A stretch of DNA of 54,522 bases, filler included, from Catajapyx aquilonaris (Eukaryota): the NCBI GenBank assembly GCA_000934665.2. It is 3 parts of 3 records of this genome, joined end to end, with 100 filler letters (N's around TTAATTAATTAA, not from the genome) between each part and the next. Parts side by side here need not be neighbours in the genome. Positions count along the whole stretch, not along the records: positions 1 to 18,081 come from JYFJ02006790.1; 2 more parts are not named here. One strand, written 5' to 3'. Numbering within the stretch: position 1 is the first letter of the stretch; the number at the start of each line of letters is the position of its first letter. Below the pieces are notes generated by a model. That model was not told the origin of the DNA. It saw only the letters and a program-made list of their open reading frames with translations, and searched no databases. The translations under genes were made by a program, and so were the position numbers. Shown piece after piece: positions 1 to 11,549 of this stretch.

Positions 1-205
1 AAGCTCATGCCCTGTCTGCTGCCTGCTCGAGTACCCCCGCTGTCGTCCATCTTGGATTTGACTTCAGCGCCTCTACAGGCCGTGGGTCTCGCGAATAGCG
101 GTAGTTCAGTAAGGCGTGACTCCGCTGTGGACAGGTTTCGCTGTATTGTGCAAGTCAGGCTATCTTTTCCCTGACTATAGTCCTATACTCTTCCCAACTT
201 TTCAG

Positions 206-1006
206 TACCTGAAGCAAGTTGGATTTGTCCCAATGATGGGAAGCGGGGTACTCTGTGACCTAACCGTCCTGGAGTCGATGAAGATAATTGGCTGGATAAG
301 GGGCATGCCTCCAGGACGCCTCAACAAGGAGATCACAATGTGGAGTAAAGTGTTGGGACTTACCTCGAGTCTAAATAAGGTGCTCAACACGCAAGGCCAC
401 ACAATACAGAAGCTGACAGTATTAGCCAACGCCCTTCTCGGGGGCACCTCTCTCATCATCATCAACCAGCCGTCCAAGAATCTGAGGATGCTGGCCAAAC
501 GGAGGCTGTGGGCTGTGGTGAAGATGGCCAAGAACAAGTCCAGGTCATTTCTCGTTTGCTCCACCAGCATGGAAGAGTGCCTGACCCTGTGCGACAGAGT
601 GGGGGTCTTATACGGACGAGGAATGCAATATCTCGAATCACCCGACATGTACAACTCCAGGATGGGCTCCGGTTACATTCTCAGGGTCAAGTTCGTGGTC
701 GGAAAGCTCCTGAGTGATCCCCAGGCCCTCACGGACCTGAAGATGGTGATTGAGAAGATCCTGAAGCCATGCGTCATGCTGAGTGAGAGGCGGACTAGGA
801 TTATATACCACCTGACCCACCCTAATGTGGACCTCGGCCATGTGTTTGCTACGATGGAAACACTGGCTAAACTGTCGCCCATTGTGGAGGATTACACATT
901 AACCTTGGCCACCCCGGAGGAGATTTTGACCCGATCCCAGGAGGTAGTCGTTGTATCAGAAAAGGAAAAACCGATTGTCCTCATGGTTAAGGAGAGTAAT
1001 CTCTAA
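206..1006 (+). CDS. Terminal exon of an ABCA-subfamily-like ABC transporter (C-terminal NBD plus regulatory domain), catalytic motifs degenerate; upstream exons not identified
   Basis: Acceptor ttttcag at 199-205, then YLKQVGFVP..DLTVLESMKIIGWIRG..AKRRLW..STSMEECLTLCDRVGVL..MGSGYILRVK..VEDYTLTLATPEEI. This parallels ABCA NBD2 (IGYCPQ..LTGRE..ARLRG..ARRxLW..TSHSMEECEALCxR..FGxGY..IEDYSVSQTTLEQVF). Stop TAA at 1004-1006. Confidence 0.8.
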   Translation, partial: YLKQVGFVPMMGSGVLCDLTVLESMKIIGWIRGMPPGRLNKEITMWSKVLGLTSSLNKVLNTQGHTIQKLTVLANALLGGTSLIIINQPSKNLRMLAKRRLWAVVKMAKNKSRSFLVCSTSMEECLTLCDRVGVLYGRGMQYLESPDMYNSRMGSGYILRVKFVVGKLLSDPQALTDLKMVIEKILKPCVMLSERRTRIIYHLTHPNVDLGHVFATMETLAKLSPIVEDYTLTLATPEEILTRSQEVVVVSEKEKPIVLMVKESNL

Positions 1007-1249
1007 AAACAGCGGTTGATTTGTATACACGAAGTGTCGGCCTATACTCTGATTGATAAAAGCTGAACATGCATGTTTATTCCTGCGTTTTTATATGTCG
1101 TAGCTCTGACCCTTTCAGATACTTACAGGTCAGAATGTGAAACATTACATTAGGAACGCGATGGATACAATTCGGACAAAATCGGATCCGATTTTTGTTG
1201 AACTGTTGAGCCGTTCAACCCTCCCGCCGTTTTCTCAGCGACGAGTTTG

Positions 1250-1304
1250 TGACGTCACCGTTTAGTATTTCCTTTCCCAAACCGGCAGAAGCCAAGATGG
1301 CGGC
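1250..1304 (+). promoter_or_regulatory. Putative TAF2 proximal promoter motifs (CRE and YY1/Pho-like)
   Basis: TGACGTCA at 1250-1257 and CAAGATGGCGGC at 1293-1304, in a CpG-rich stretch 110-165 nt upstream of the ATG. Motif match only. Confidence 0.45.
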
Positions 1305-1413
1305 CATTCGGTGGCCGCAAATTTCTTGTGCTCCGCTCGGATGGCCGTTGCACGGGCTCCCGTGAGTCCAGAGAGACCCAGTCGGCCCAGGGAGTCCTGG
1401 ACAAACACGCAGG

Positions 1414-4400
1414 ATGGCACCCAAGACCAAGAAGGAAGAGCCGGAGGTGGAGCCCAGGCCGTACAACCTATAAGTATCATGAACTTTCGATACTTTTGAG
1501 AGTGTCAGCGTGCCCTTATTTGAGTTTCTGCTCTTTATTTCCGGGGCTGCACGTCGCATCAGATTGTCAGCCTCACGGGGATCAACTTTCAGCGGCAGAG
1601 CATCATCGTAAGGGCTCCTGGTCACTTGTCGTTAACTCTGACACCTAGGGTTAAGGGTTGGACATTCACTGAATCTGGTGTATACACTTTGTCAGCTTGT
1701 CGTGCACTCCTGAGTAAATGGCATTCCATATGGCTTGAATGGGAAGGAGCCGAAGCTAAAATGGCCAACTGGCTAAATATATTCTCCATGGATAATGATT
1801 GCAATTTGTCAAGAGTAATCATAAGCAGGTGTACACTTCGGTAAGGAGTGTCTAACCCCTTGGCTGAATGCATGTCTCCTCTGATGCAGATACAGATATG
1901 TGTGCCAGCATTAACTGACTGCTGTCATTAGGCAGGGCAGAAGTGAAATAGTTTATGGCAGAGGGTGCCAGAACTCGTTCCGTGTACATTGAGGCATTTA
2001 AAAGGTTGCAGTGGATCAGATATTGCAGAAGACATTATGCTACTTGGTCAGAATTGAATTCTCAGCAGTGTGCTTAGGAAACTCAGTCATGTCACTTCAG
2101 ATGAGATTCATGATAAGCTATTTAAGAATTATTCCGTTTTAACCATTGATAAGACATTCAGCAAGTAATCATAAGAAAATCAAGTACATCTTTCTGCAAT
2201 GCATGAAATATCACTAATGGGTCTCTTGGAGCAACTTGGCGAGCAGGCAACTAGCTTATACTGTAAGATTTTAGTGGCTAATATTTATGCAACTTCAATA
2301 CTTCAGGGCTACGTGGAACTCACACTGATCCCGCAGCGTCCCAACATTCGCTACATCAACCTTAATGCCAAGCAGTGCCGAATCTACCGTGTCTGTCTGA
2401 ATGAGGCCTATGAAAGTGAATTCCAGTATTGTGACCCAAGTTTGGAGGTGGTCTCATGTGATTCAGTTCAGCGCCACCTGGATGCATACGCACCAGCTCA
2501 TCTAGCTGCTGTCAGGGCAGTAGACCCAGACAGGGATTCTGGAGAGCTGTGCATTCGCGTTCCACCTGAAGTTTCACACTTGCTGGCAGAATGTCGTCCA
2601 ATACGGGTTTCCATAGAATTTTCATTAGAACAGCCAAGTGGTGGTGTTCATTTTGTACTTCCAGAGGGTGATGGGACATTGGCGGAACGTGGTGCACACA
2701 TGTTCACATATGGGCATGAAAATTCATCTAGATTGTGGTTCCCATGCATTGACAGCTATTGTGAACCATGCACTTGGAAATTGGAGTTTACGGTGGATGA
2801 GAGCATGACTGCAGTATCATGTGGCGATCTAATGGAGGTGGTGTACACACCTGACATGCGCAGGAAGACTTTCCATTACTACCTTGCAACCCCAACCTCA
2901 GCTCCAAACATTGGCCTGGCAGTTGGCCCCTTCCAAATCCTGGTTGACCCAAACATGCATGAAGTCACACATTTCTGCCTGCCACAGCTGATGCCAGCAC
3001 TGCGGTGTACTGCGAGATACCTGCACGAGGCATTTGAGTTTTATGAGGAGACCTTGGCCACTCGCTATCCATACTCCTGCTACAAGCAGGTGTTTGTAGA
3101 TGAATCTTATCGTAGTGTGAGCTCTTATGCAACTATGTCAGTCCTGGACACTGGGCTGTTGTACATGTCACCTATAATTGACCAAACATACCTGACACGG
3201 AAGGCTATGGCACTGGCTGTCGCGGAGCAGTTCTTCTCATGCTTCATATCTGCGCAAAGTTGGTCAGATGTGTGGCTCACCAAAGGTTAGCAACTTCTTA
3301 TTTTTTATTAGGTTATTTATTTATTTATTTATCAGACACATGTTTTATGCATGAACAAAAGCTCTCCTGCCATTGTCAAAGTGTACTTATTTTTCTGTTT
3401 TGCAAACTGTTGTGGAGGCAGGCCATAATGCATGGGTAATATTTTTTACCTGCATGTAGGTAATTATCTGTTATGTAATTATTTACATTGAGGCCATTTC
3501 TGTGCATTTTTTATTGCATGTATTTTTATTATGACATTTGGAGAGGGCTGTCCATGTGTGACTCTGCAGGTCATTTTGTAAGATTGAGGTTACTAATATG
3601 TTAATTTAAACTTGTAGAGTATTCTCACAGTGCAGGGTTTTGATTGTATTAAATTACGAACATTTATTCATATTATGTTTTCTGGAAAATGCATGCCCTG
3701 ACTAATTATTTCCACTTTTGTTATTTGCAAGGAATATCATCTTACCTCTGTGGCCTATATGCTAACAAGTACTTTGGCAGCAACGAATATCGTGACTGGG
3801 TGTATGAGGAAATGATGAGTGTGGTGCGGTATGAGACGGAGTTTGGTGGCGTTGTACTGGATCCAAGTACCCAGGCCCCTGTGCTGCCAGGAGCATCGAA
3901 AATGGCTTCAGTGGCTGCTGCAGCGGCAGCAGCTAGTGTGGCCAGCTCCACCAAGACATTCTATTTTCCCTTGAAGAGCCTCCACACGGTCTCACCTCTG
4001 TACCTGGAAATCCTTCGGACCAAAGCACACTTGGTGGTCCGCATGTTGGAGCACCGAATAGGCAGGCAGTTACTCTTGCAGGTGCTGAACAAGCACTTGT
4101 CACTAGCCAGCAATGCTGCCCAGCAAAAGGTCAGCTCCAACCAGTGGGCACATATGCTGATTGGGACACATTCATTTGCTAAAGCCATATTCACTGTTAC
4201 TGGCAAGGACATGGGGGTTTTCATCGACCAGTGGGTGCGCCAGGGAGGTGTGGCCAAGTTCCACATGTCTTTTGTCTTCAATCGGAAAAGGTGAGTTGAA
4301 CCATTCACTCAGTCCTATGCTTAATCCATCCACATCAGACTTGGCATGTTCATGCATCATTAGGAGATTGTCAAATGGGATCAGGAGAAAAATATATCAG

Positions 4401-7400
4401 TTATTTAATGTTGTAAGCCTGTGCATAAATTCCATATGAGGAATATTATGTCATATGCTTGTAATGTCTCATAATGCAGTCAACAGGTTTGAAAGATATG
4501 GGTTTTGATAAATATCTCTGATTTCAGGAATACTGTTGAACTTGAGATCAAGCAAGAGAGTGTTTCTCAGAAAGGTATTCGCAAGTATGTTGGCCCCTTG
4601 ACAGTGTCTATCCAGGAGCTTGATGGGACCTTCAAGCATGTTCTCCAAGTGGAGGGGACCCATGCAAAGGCAGACATCACTTGCCACTCAAAAAGTAGGA
4701 GGCACAAGAAAAAAAAGATTCCTCTCTGCACAGGAGAGGAAGTTGACATGGATTTGGGAGCAATGGAGTAAGTGGCTTTCATAAATAGGTCTTCTACAAT
4801 AGGAAGTTATTTACATTTTATGTGTGTCTACTGCTCCTAGTGCCGACTCACCAGTCCTGTGGATCCGAGTTGACCCTGACATGACCCTCCTGCGCTGCTG
4901 TGACATTGAGCAACCAGACTACCAGTGGCAATACCAGCTCCGCCATGAAAGAGACGTGACAGCCCAAAAGGAAGCTATCATAGCACTGACTCGCTTTCCA
5001 ACTCCTGCTACCCGGTTGGCCCTCACAGACACCATTGAGAATGACCTAGCCTATTACAGGGTCCGCTGCTCTGCTGCCCATTGCCTTACCAAGGTTGCCA
5101 ATGCCATGGTTGCTTCCTGGGCAGGGCCACCTGCAATGCTCACAATATTTCGGAAGCTCTTTGGCTCCTTTTCCTGCCCACACATAGTCCGACAGAACAA
5201 CTTTTCCAATCTACATCACTACTTCATGCAAAAGACTATTCCAGTGGCAATGGCTGGACTTCGAAATGCACATGGTGTCTGCCCACCTGAGGTCATTCGC
5301 TTTCTGCTTGATCTGTTCAAATATAATGACAACAGCAAGAACCGGCATTCAGATAACTATTATCGTGCTGCATTAGTGGAGGCACTAGGCGAGACAGTTA
5401 CCCCAGCAGTCTCAGCAACAGCCATGCTGTCTGGCGGAAGAACCAAGGGGCCAACAGTGACTGCTGAATCTCTCTCCAGTGACACCAGGCTACTCCTTGA
5501 AGAGATAGTCCGGTGCCTGAACCTTGAGAAGCTGCTTCCTTGCTACAAGTACACAATGACAGTGTCATGCTTGAGGGCCATCCGCAAGATGCAGAAATTT
5601 GCACACCTTCCCAGCAATCCGCAGTTCTTCAGGAGTTATGCAGCGTATGGGCAGTTCATTGGTGAGACAGAAATTAATTTCATTTAAACTTTTTCTTGGG
5701 CATAGGCAAATGTTGATGGTCTTTTGGGATGTACTTGAGAGAAAAAGCAACAGTGATGGTAAATTTTTATCAAAAAGTGTTGCCTAGGTATAATTGATTC
5801 CTACTCCAAGCACAACCTCTCTTGAGCTATTTAAATTGCCAGTACTGTTGTTAAGAAATAATGCTTGTTGTGTTTATGCAGATGTTCGCCTGACTGCCCT
5901 AGAGTGTCTAGTTGATTACACTCGCATGGATGGGCGACCAGAGGACCTGGAGTACTTGCTAACAACGGTTGAAAGTGACCCTGTCCCAGCAGTGAGACAT
6001 GAGCTTCTCAGGATGATGGTCAAGAACCCACCATTTGACCGGAACAGAAATCATCGATTTGACAGGCCCGAGCTGGTTGAAAGGCTGTGGAATCTTTTCA
6101 AGTAGGTGCTAGAGTCAATTCAAATTCTTCGCTCAAATTATTGAGTCCCTGTTTTAAGTCTAATGTTTTTGTATGTTTTTAGTTCAGGGTTGTCCCATGA
6201 CTCACGCTTAAGGTGTGACGTAGTCGACCTGTACTATGCATTGTATGGCCGAAGTAGGCCTACTTGCCTGCCAGTTCCAGAACTGGCAGGCCTGTACACC
6301 ATGAAGAAGGAAAGCCCAATGACAGGACGAAGCTTGGGAGGAAGCCCTGCCGCAACTTCTATCTCTTCACAGATGCATCAGCCTGATGAGGAGAGGACGG
6401 CCACTATTAGTGGTGTGAAGCGGAAAGCTGAATCTGGCATTGAGGAAGAGATGAGTGGTGTAACAACTGGAGAGGTCATATGCCCGGAGGATTCCAACTT
6501 AGGGTTGGTAACAGTTGAGGTTGTAGCTGGCGATGAAGCAGGAAAAGTCAAGGTGAAGGAAGTTGCACCTAAACCAGAGCTAGCTACACCGGTTGAAACC
6601 CCAGCCATTGCCCAACCCCTGCCTGCATCACCTGTCCCTGCAAAAGAATTAAGCGAGAAAGAAACTGTTGATGGGGGGACTGTTAAGGTGGAAGAGGAGG
6701 TTGCAAACGTTGCGGAGTTGCTGAGGGAAGAGATGTCACCATCACCATCCATGACTCCAACTCCATCGTCATCTTCAATGAGACCAGAGTGTGCTTCTGA
6801 TGATTCAGTTTCCGTTCCTGCCCCTGCCGAAACCGGGGCAGATTCTGGGGTAGAGCCTGGTACCAAACATCCCACACATTTCAACCCTGAGATGTTCCAT
6901 CAGAAAGACAAGGAGAAAGACAGTGATGCAGATAATTCACATTCGAAGCATCACAAGGTAAGGAAGGTTCTGCTTTCATGCATATTTCGTGGGTTGCGTG
7001 CATGCTGTTGCAATTACCAGTCAAGTATTTTCGGCCAACGAAAGTTTATAAATCAGCATTTACAACCTAATTGCATAGATGCGATTATTTTGTCTCTTGA
7101 CACATTATTGCTTTGTGTGTATTGGTTAACCATTCTGTCACCCAGTGATTTTATAACTGCTGCCAGATGTGAACAGGTTTCTCTTCTTGCAGGGCAAGAA
7201 AAGGAAAAAGGACAAAAAAAAGCACAAGCACAAGCATAAACACAGGCATGATCATCGGCACTCAAGAGGAAGTAGCTCTGGCGGAGGGACTTCGGTAGGT
7301 GGGAGTGGGGCAAAAGATAAAGAGCGGAAGGAGGCTGGTGATGTGGCCAGACTGAAGGAGGAAGCGTTAAGTTCTACCTCCTCGACCCCAAGTCCAAACA

Positions 7401-7432
7401 CACCTGTGGGGTCACATGAATTCACGTTTTAG
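1414..7432 (+). CDS. TAF2: Transcription initiation factor TFIID subunit 2, 9 exons, about 1314 aa
   Basis: Exons 1414-1469, 1553-1607, 2307-3285, 3732-4290, 4528-4767, 4841-5661, 5882-6101, 6183-6957, 7193-7432 total 3945 nt with consistent phases. Motifs [87 protein letters not shown] and [10 protein letters not shown] are TAF2-typical. Introns 2-8 are GT-AG; intron 1 is AT-AC. Confidence 0.96.
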
Positions 7433-7969
7433 TTTTCAATATTCAGTTCATAGTTTATTTGTTTTTCTTTGCCTCACATTTTGAAATCTTTGTACAGTTG
7501 AACTCAGGGGGGAAAAAAACAGAACACTGGCAATCGACTTCAGTTGTCTTTCAAAGACACGGAAGATTTATTGCAAACAATTAATATTAAGTTGTACATA
7601 ATGGGGGGAAACAAGAAAATTACTGCAATTTAATGTTGCCTGCATGACCAGGGCAAGTATTTAGGTGAATACCATAGACATAATCTCAATGTGAAACAAT
7701 GGATTAAAAACGCTCCATACTAACATGTATGAACCCCAAGTCCTTATTTTTCCACAGTTCAGATCTCCCATGTGTTCATTCGATTCCTGAAGCACTTTTG
7801 ATATTTTTGTACCAAATGTCCCCATAAAAAAATTCACTGCAGTAGTGGTTGCAAGGAATATCATTAAACGTCAATACGAAATGACAATACATGTGAAACT
7901 GGCGCGAAGTGAAAATGAGAAAGAAATATGGTATTTCTTAGGAATCGAAGCTCCACTGGGCAACATTTT

Positions 7970-10900
7970 TCACATCCCCAACAGTGGAACATCAAAGAGA
8001 TCGCAAACACCTTCACTGTCATCCAGGTTGAAGTAGTAGTCCTTCTCACACGGAGGTGGACTCAGCTGCAGAAGTGGGGTGAAAACTGCAACAAAGGAAA
8101 CGGCTTTGTAACATCCAGAAAAATATGGAGCAAAATTAAGCAGCAACTTTTAACCCCAAGGACAGAGATCAATGGACCGCAAGAAGACATAGATGGTTCC
8201 ATGAATTAAACAGGTAAGAAAGAATCCTGTTGCTTGGGTTCACCCTGACATTCATTCCCAAGCAAACATGAGTTTTGTTCCAGATGTTTATGTCCATTAT
8301 TAATTATTACTAAGAAGTTGTCATGTGCCTTCTAGACTTTAGGGGTCTTCATGCCATTGGAAGAACAGTAAGGTCCCCACATGTAGACGCTAGTTACCCA
8401 GCAATTTCTCTTGATCTTTTGCAGATAAGGCAATGCATGTTTACCCAAATAACCTGTCAAGGCTGACAACTTACAGAAAAACAACCAAGACCTTTGGCTG
8501 GCCAAATTATGTTTCTCAGGGAACAAAACTGAACTTAAAATACTTACTGTCAGTTGACATCAGCTCCTCGAAGAAGTCAGGTTCAGGTGGTGCACACATG
8601 GCATCTGGCATATAAGCAAATGTAAGTTACAACGGAACATACAAAAATACGTACGCAATGGCCAGGCTGACAGTAAGCCAAACCAAATATTGAAGAGCCA
8701 ACTGCAAATTAAATGCTGAACTCTCAAACCTTGAAGAAGAAAAACTGATTGCACTTATCTTTACTGTATTATGGTGGCCAATATAATATTTCATGCTTAA
8801 TCTTGGGATGGTATAAGAATTTTCCAGAAGGCAATGCTGGAGAAGAATGGGAATATTTACACTCCCATTCTCAACTTAAAACATTCAGTTACACTAAGTA
8901 ACGTCACATTTCTTTTTGTTGCAAAGTGAAATCTTTCATTTCTTAACAAGTTAATCTATTAAAAGGCTGGCTGTTGGTAAAAGATTTCAAGCCCTTCACG
9001 GGATTTAACCAAGGTAGGGTCTTTGTCACGGTGACCTACCCTTCAATACAACAGACAAAATTATCCAGAATCTGATGATTAATCACTATTCAATGTTGAA
9101 GTGCTCACTGGTGAAAAGAAACAACATAATGCAATGACGCCACGAAAGTTTGAATGTTGGCAAATATTCCAATGAGTGGGATATGTATATCATGGTTTCA
9201 GAACTACCACCCATTCTCGCAAGCTTGGGTCTGCACCTTTAGCCTATACTTAGAACTCCCATAGCTAGTGAACCAAGCCATAAAATTTGACACAAATCTT
9301 ATTGAGATTAGTAACACTTTAATAGTGCAAGAGGGCTCTACTAATGGTTCTATAGTACTGTACTTAATTTACAGATGGCTCCTTGGTACATTGAAATCAT
9401 ACCTTGGAAATTTGATGGCAAATCAACATCCATTGGTTCCTCCTTCTCAGGTTCTTCCTCCTCTTTCTCGTTATCCTCTTTCACCTCCTCTTCCTTCTCC
9501 ACCTTTACCTTCACCTCAGTTTTTGCCTGCTTGGCAGGGCGTCTTCCTTGTGAAGGACTTGGGGTAGGGCTGTCCTCCCTGGCCCCTCCTCTTCTCAAAC
9601 TCCTCCGCCTTGTTGCCACTGGCTTCTTAGCCTTTTCTGCAGCGGCTGCCGCCTCCTGCTTCGACTTCTGCCTGGTTTGGTGCCGATGTTGATAGGGTTC
9701 CAAGGGAGTCGTCTGCCCTGCCGCAGTAATAGGGGGTGGAGCTTGTGGAGAAGCAGGCATGGCTGGAGGCGGCACTGACTTGGACGGAGAGGAACGTGAC
9801 CTTGTGTTTGGCGGACTTGGTGGATACACCACCTTGCGTTTTTTCTCTTCCTCGGTGGAAGTAGGTGCCACTGCTGCCTCTGGAGGAGTAGCTACTGCTG
9901 CAGTGGGTGTGGTCACCCCTGAAGCAGGTGTGGCTGACGCTGTTGAAGGCGTGGCAGGTGGTGTGTCTTCCAGGGGGGGAGTGTCTTCATGTTGGACTGG
10001 AGCCAACAGTTCTTTTGGTGGTGGTACCTCCACAACCATTGGAGTCGGGCTGTCTGGCTCTTGATTCACAAGCAGTACATTGATGGTCCCCTGGTTTGAC
10101 TTGATGTGTAGACTGTACTGCTTCTTAACATCCTCCTCTGCCTCATCGTCATTGGCTGGGGGAACCAAGGGAACCGTCAGTTCTGTGCCCATGGGCCCTT
10201 GTATTGCCAGGAGGGTATCCCCCTCAAAGCAGTTGCACAGGTCATGGTGGGTCAGGTACGCCATGCGGATGTTCTCCTCTTCTTCAGTGATGTTTTTGAT
10301 GCTCTGCTGAACCCACTGTTTGTGCATGTCCAGCATCTTCTCATGGTCATCCAGCTCTGCTATCTCCTTCTTTAGCTTGGACAGGCGATCTGACATCTCC
10401 TGGGTGTTGCAACCAGGTCCCGCACCCCTGAACATAATGAACACAATTGAGGTCACGAAGTGCAACATCTCAAATTTATAGTATTGCCTTCCAAAAGCTA
10501 GCCAAAACCATAGTTACTTTGTGGTATTACAAAAATTGTCTTGCTTTTGTACGTTTCAGAGTAGAACTCGCACCCTATTCGTGAAAAAATCTCACAGAAT
10601 TTTCATTTGCCCCACCTGAAAAAGTTGCAGGAAGTAATATTTTGCCACTAGAAAGCTTGTAAAAGGGCTTTCCAATGGCATGCACCAAGTTGGCAAAGAA
10701 CAGGAATGCTTGAAATTATTAATGTGGATGTGAAGATAAATTCTGAAACATACAGTAGCCTACTTTTTAAGCATATACATAGGCATGCACATAAGAAGAA
10801 AAAAATCCAGGTTCTTATTTTGCAGTAAGTGGCAACATGGGGTCATTAACCTCCTTCGGGGCTTGGGGTATAAATGCGTCGTGTCACCAATTCCTTTCCG

Positions 10901-11549
10901 CCCCCGGTTAATATTAATTTAAAGTTGTTTACATGCATCTGTGCAATCTCGCTGCAAAGATTACAATATTTAACAAGCCTTGCCCTTATTTCAAGATAAA
11001 CCATTAATCGCACCCATGCAAGTGCCTGGGCCAACATGCACTCTCAAGACAGCCATATGCTAACCGCCGCTCCTGCACCCGGTGCATTAGTGGCTCTAGC
11101 TCTGTTAGGACTGAACCTAACGCAAAATGTATGCTCCCTCCCCTCTTTTCCTTTCAACGGCATCTCTATACGGTACACGGCCACAAGGCAAAAGCATGGG
11201 TGCAACGCACTTCCATTGGATGCTGTTTTTGCTCTTCTTCTCGATGAGCCCAATCCCTTCGAGCACATTGGTGATGTCGTAGATCCGCCTCTTCTGCCTC
11301 ACTGCCAGCAGGTCGGCCGCCTGGGGAAAATGAAATTCCATGACGTGTGGGTTTGAAACATGTTGGCGCGTGAGGATGCTCCTCCCGGGGGCTGGGCCCG
11401 GGGGCAAGCAAAGGGAGTGGCTTCGACAGGCTACTCACGACTTTGAGATCCAGCACCCCGTCCTTGGCCTTCTGAAGGAGCGAGACGAACCGGGTTGTCA
11501 GCAAGCCGAGAGATTTCTCGAAGCGGCTCGGTTGAGACGAGTCCGCCAT
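7970..11549 (-). CDS. E2F4: E2F4/E2F5-type E2F transcription factor, 5 exons, about 472 aa
   Basis: Exons 11439-11549, 11211-11320, 9403-10427, 8548-8604, 7970-8085 total 1419 nt, all GT-AG and phase-consistent. [48 protein letters not shown], marked box, and pocket-protein-binding tail [39 protein letters not shown]. Confidence 0.94.

Noticed and set aside
1447..1562. Canonical GT-AG alternative for TAF2 intron 1
   Set aside because: In frame, but the donor GTGGAG is weak and it deletes the conserved PRPYNLSHQ peptide.
6378..6884. Antisense ORFs over TAF2, E2F4/5 and the ZNF exons
   Set aside because: They shadow real coding exons and show no independent motifs.
9350..9402. E2F ORF ending at 9350
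   Set aside because: This is read-through into an intron; the donor at 9402 leads to exons encoding the conserved tail.
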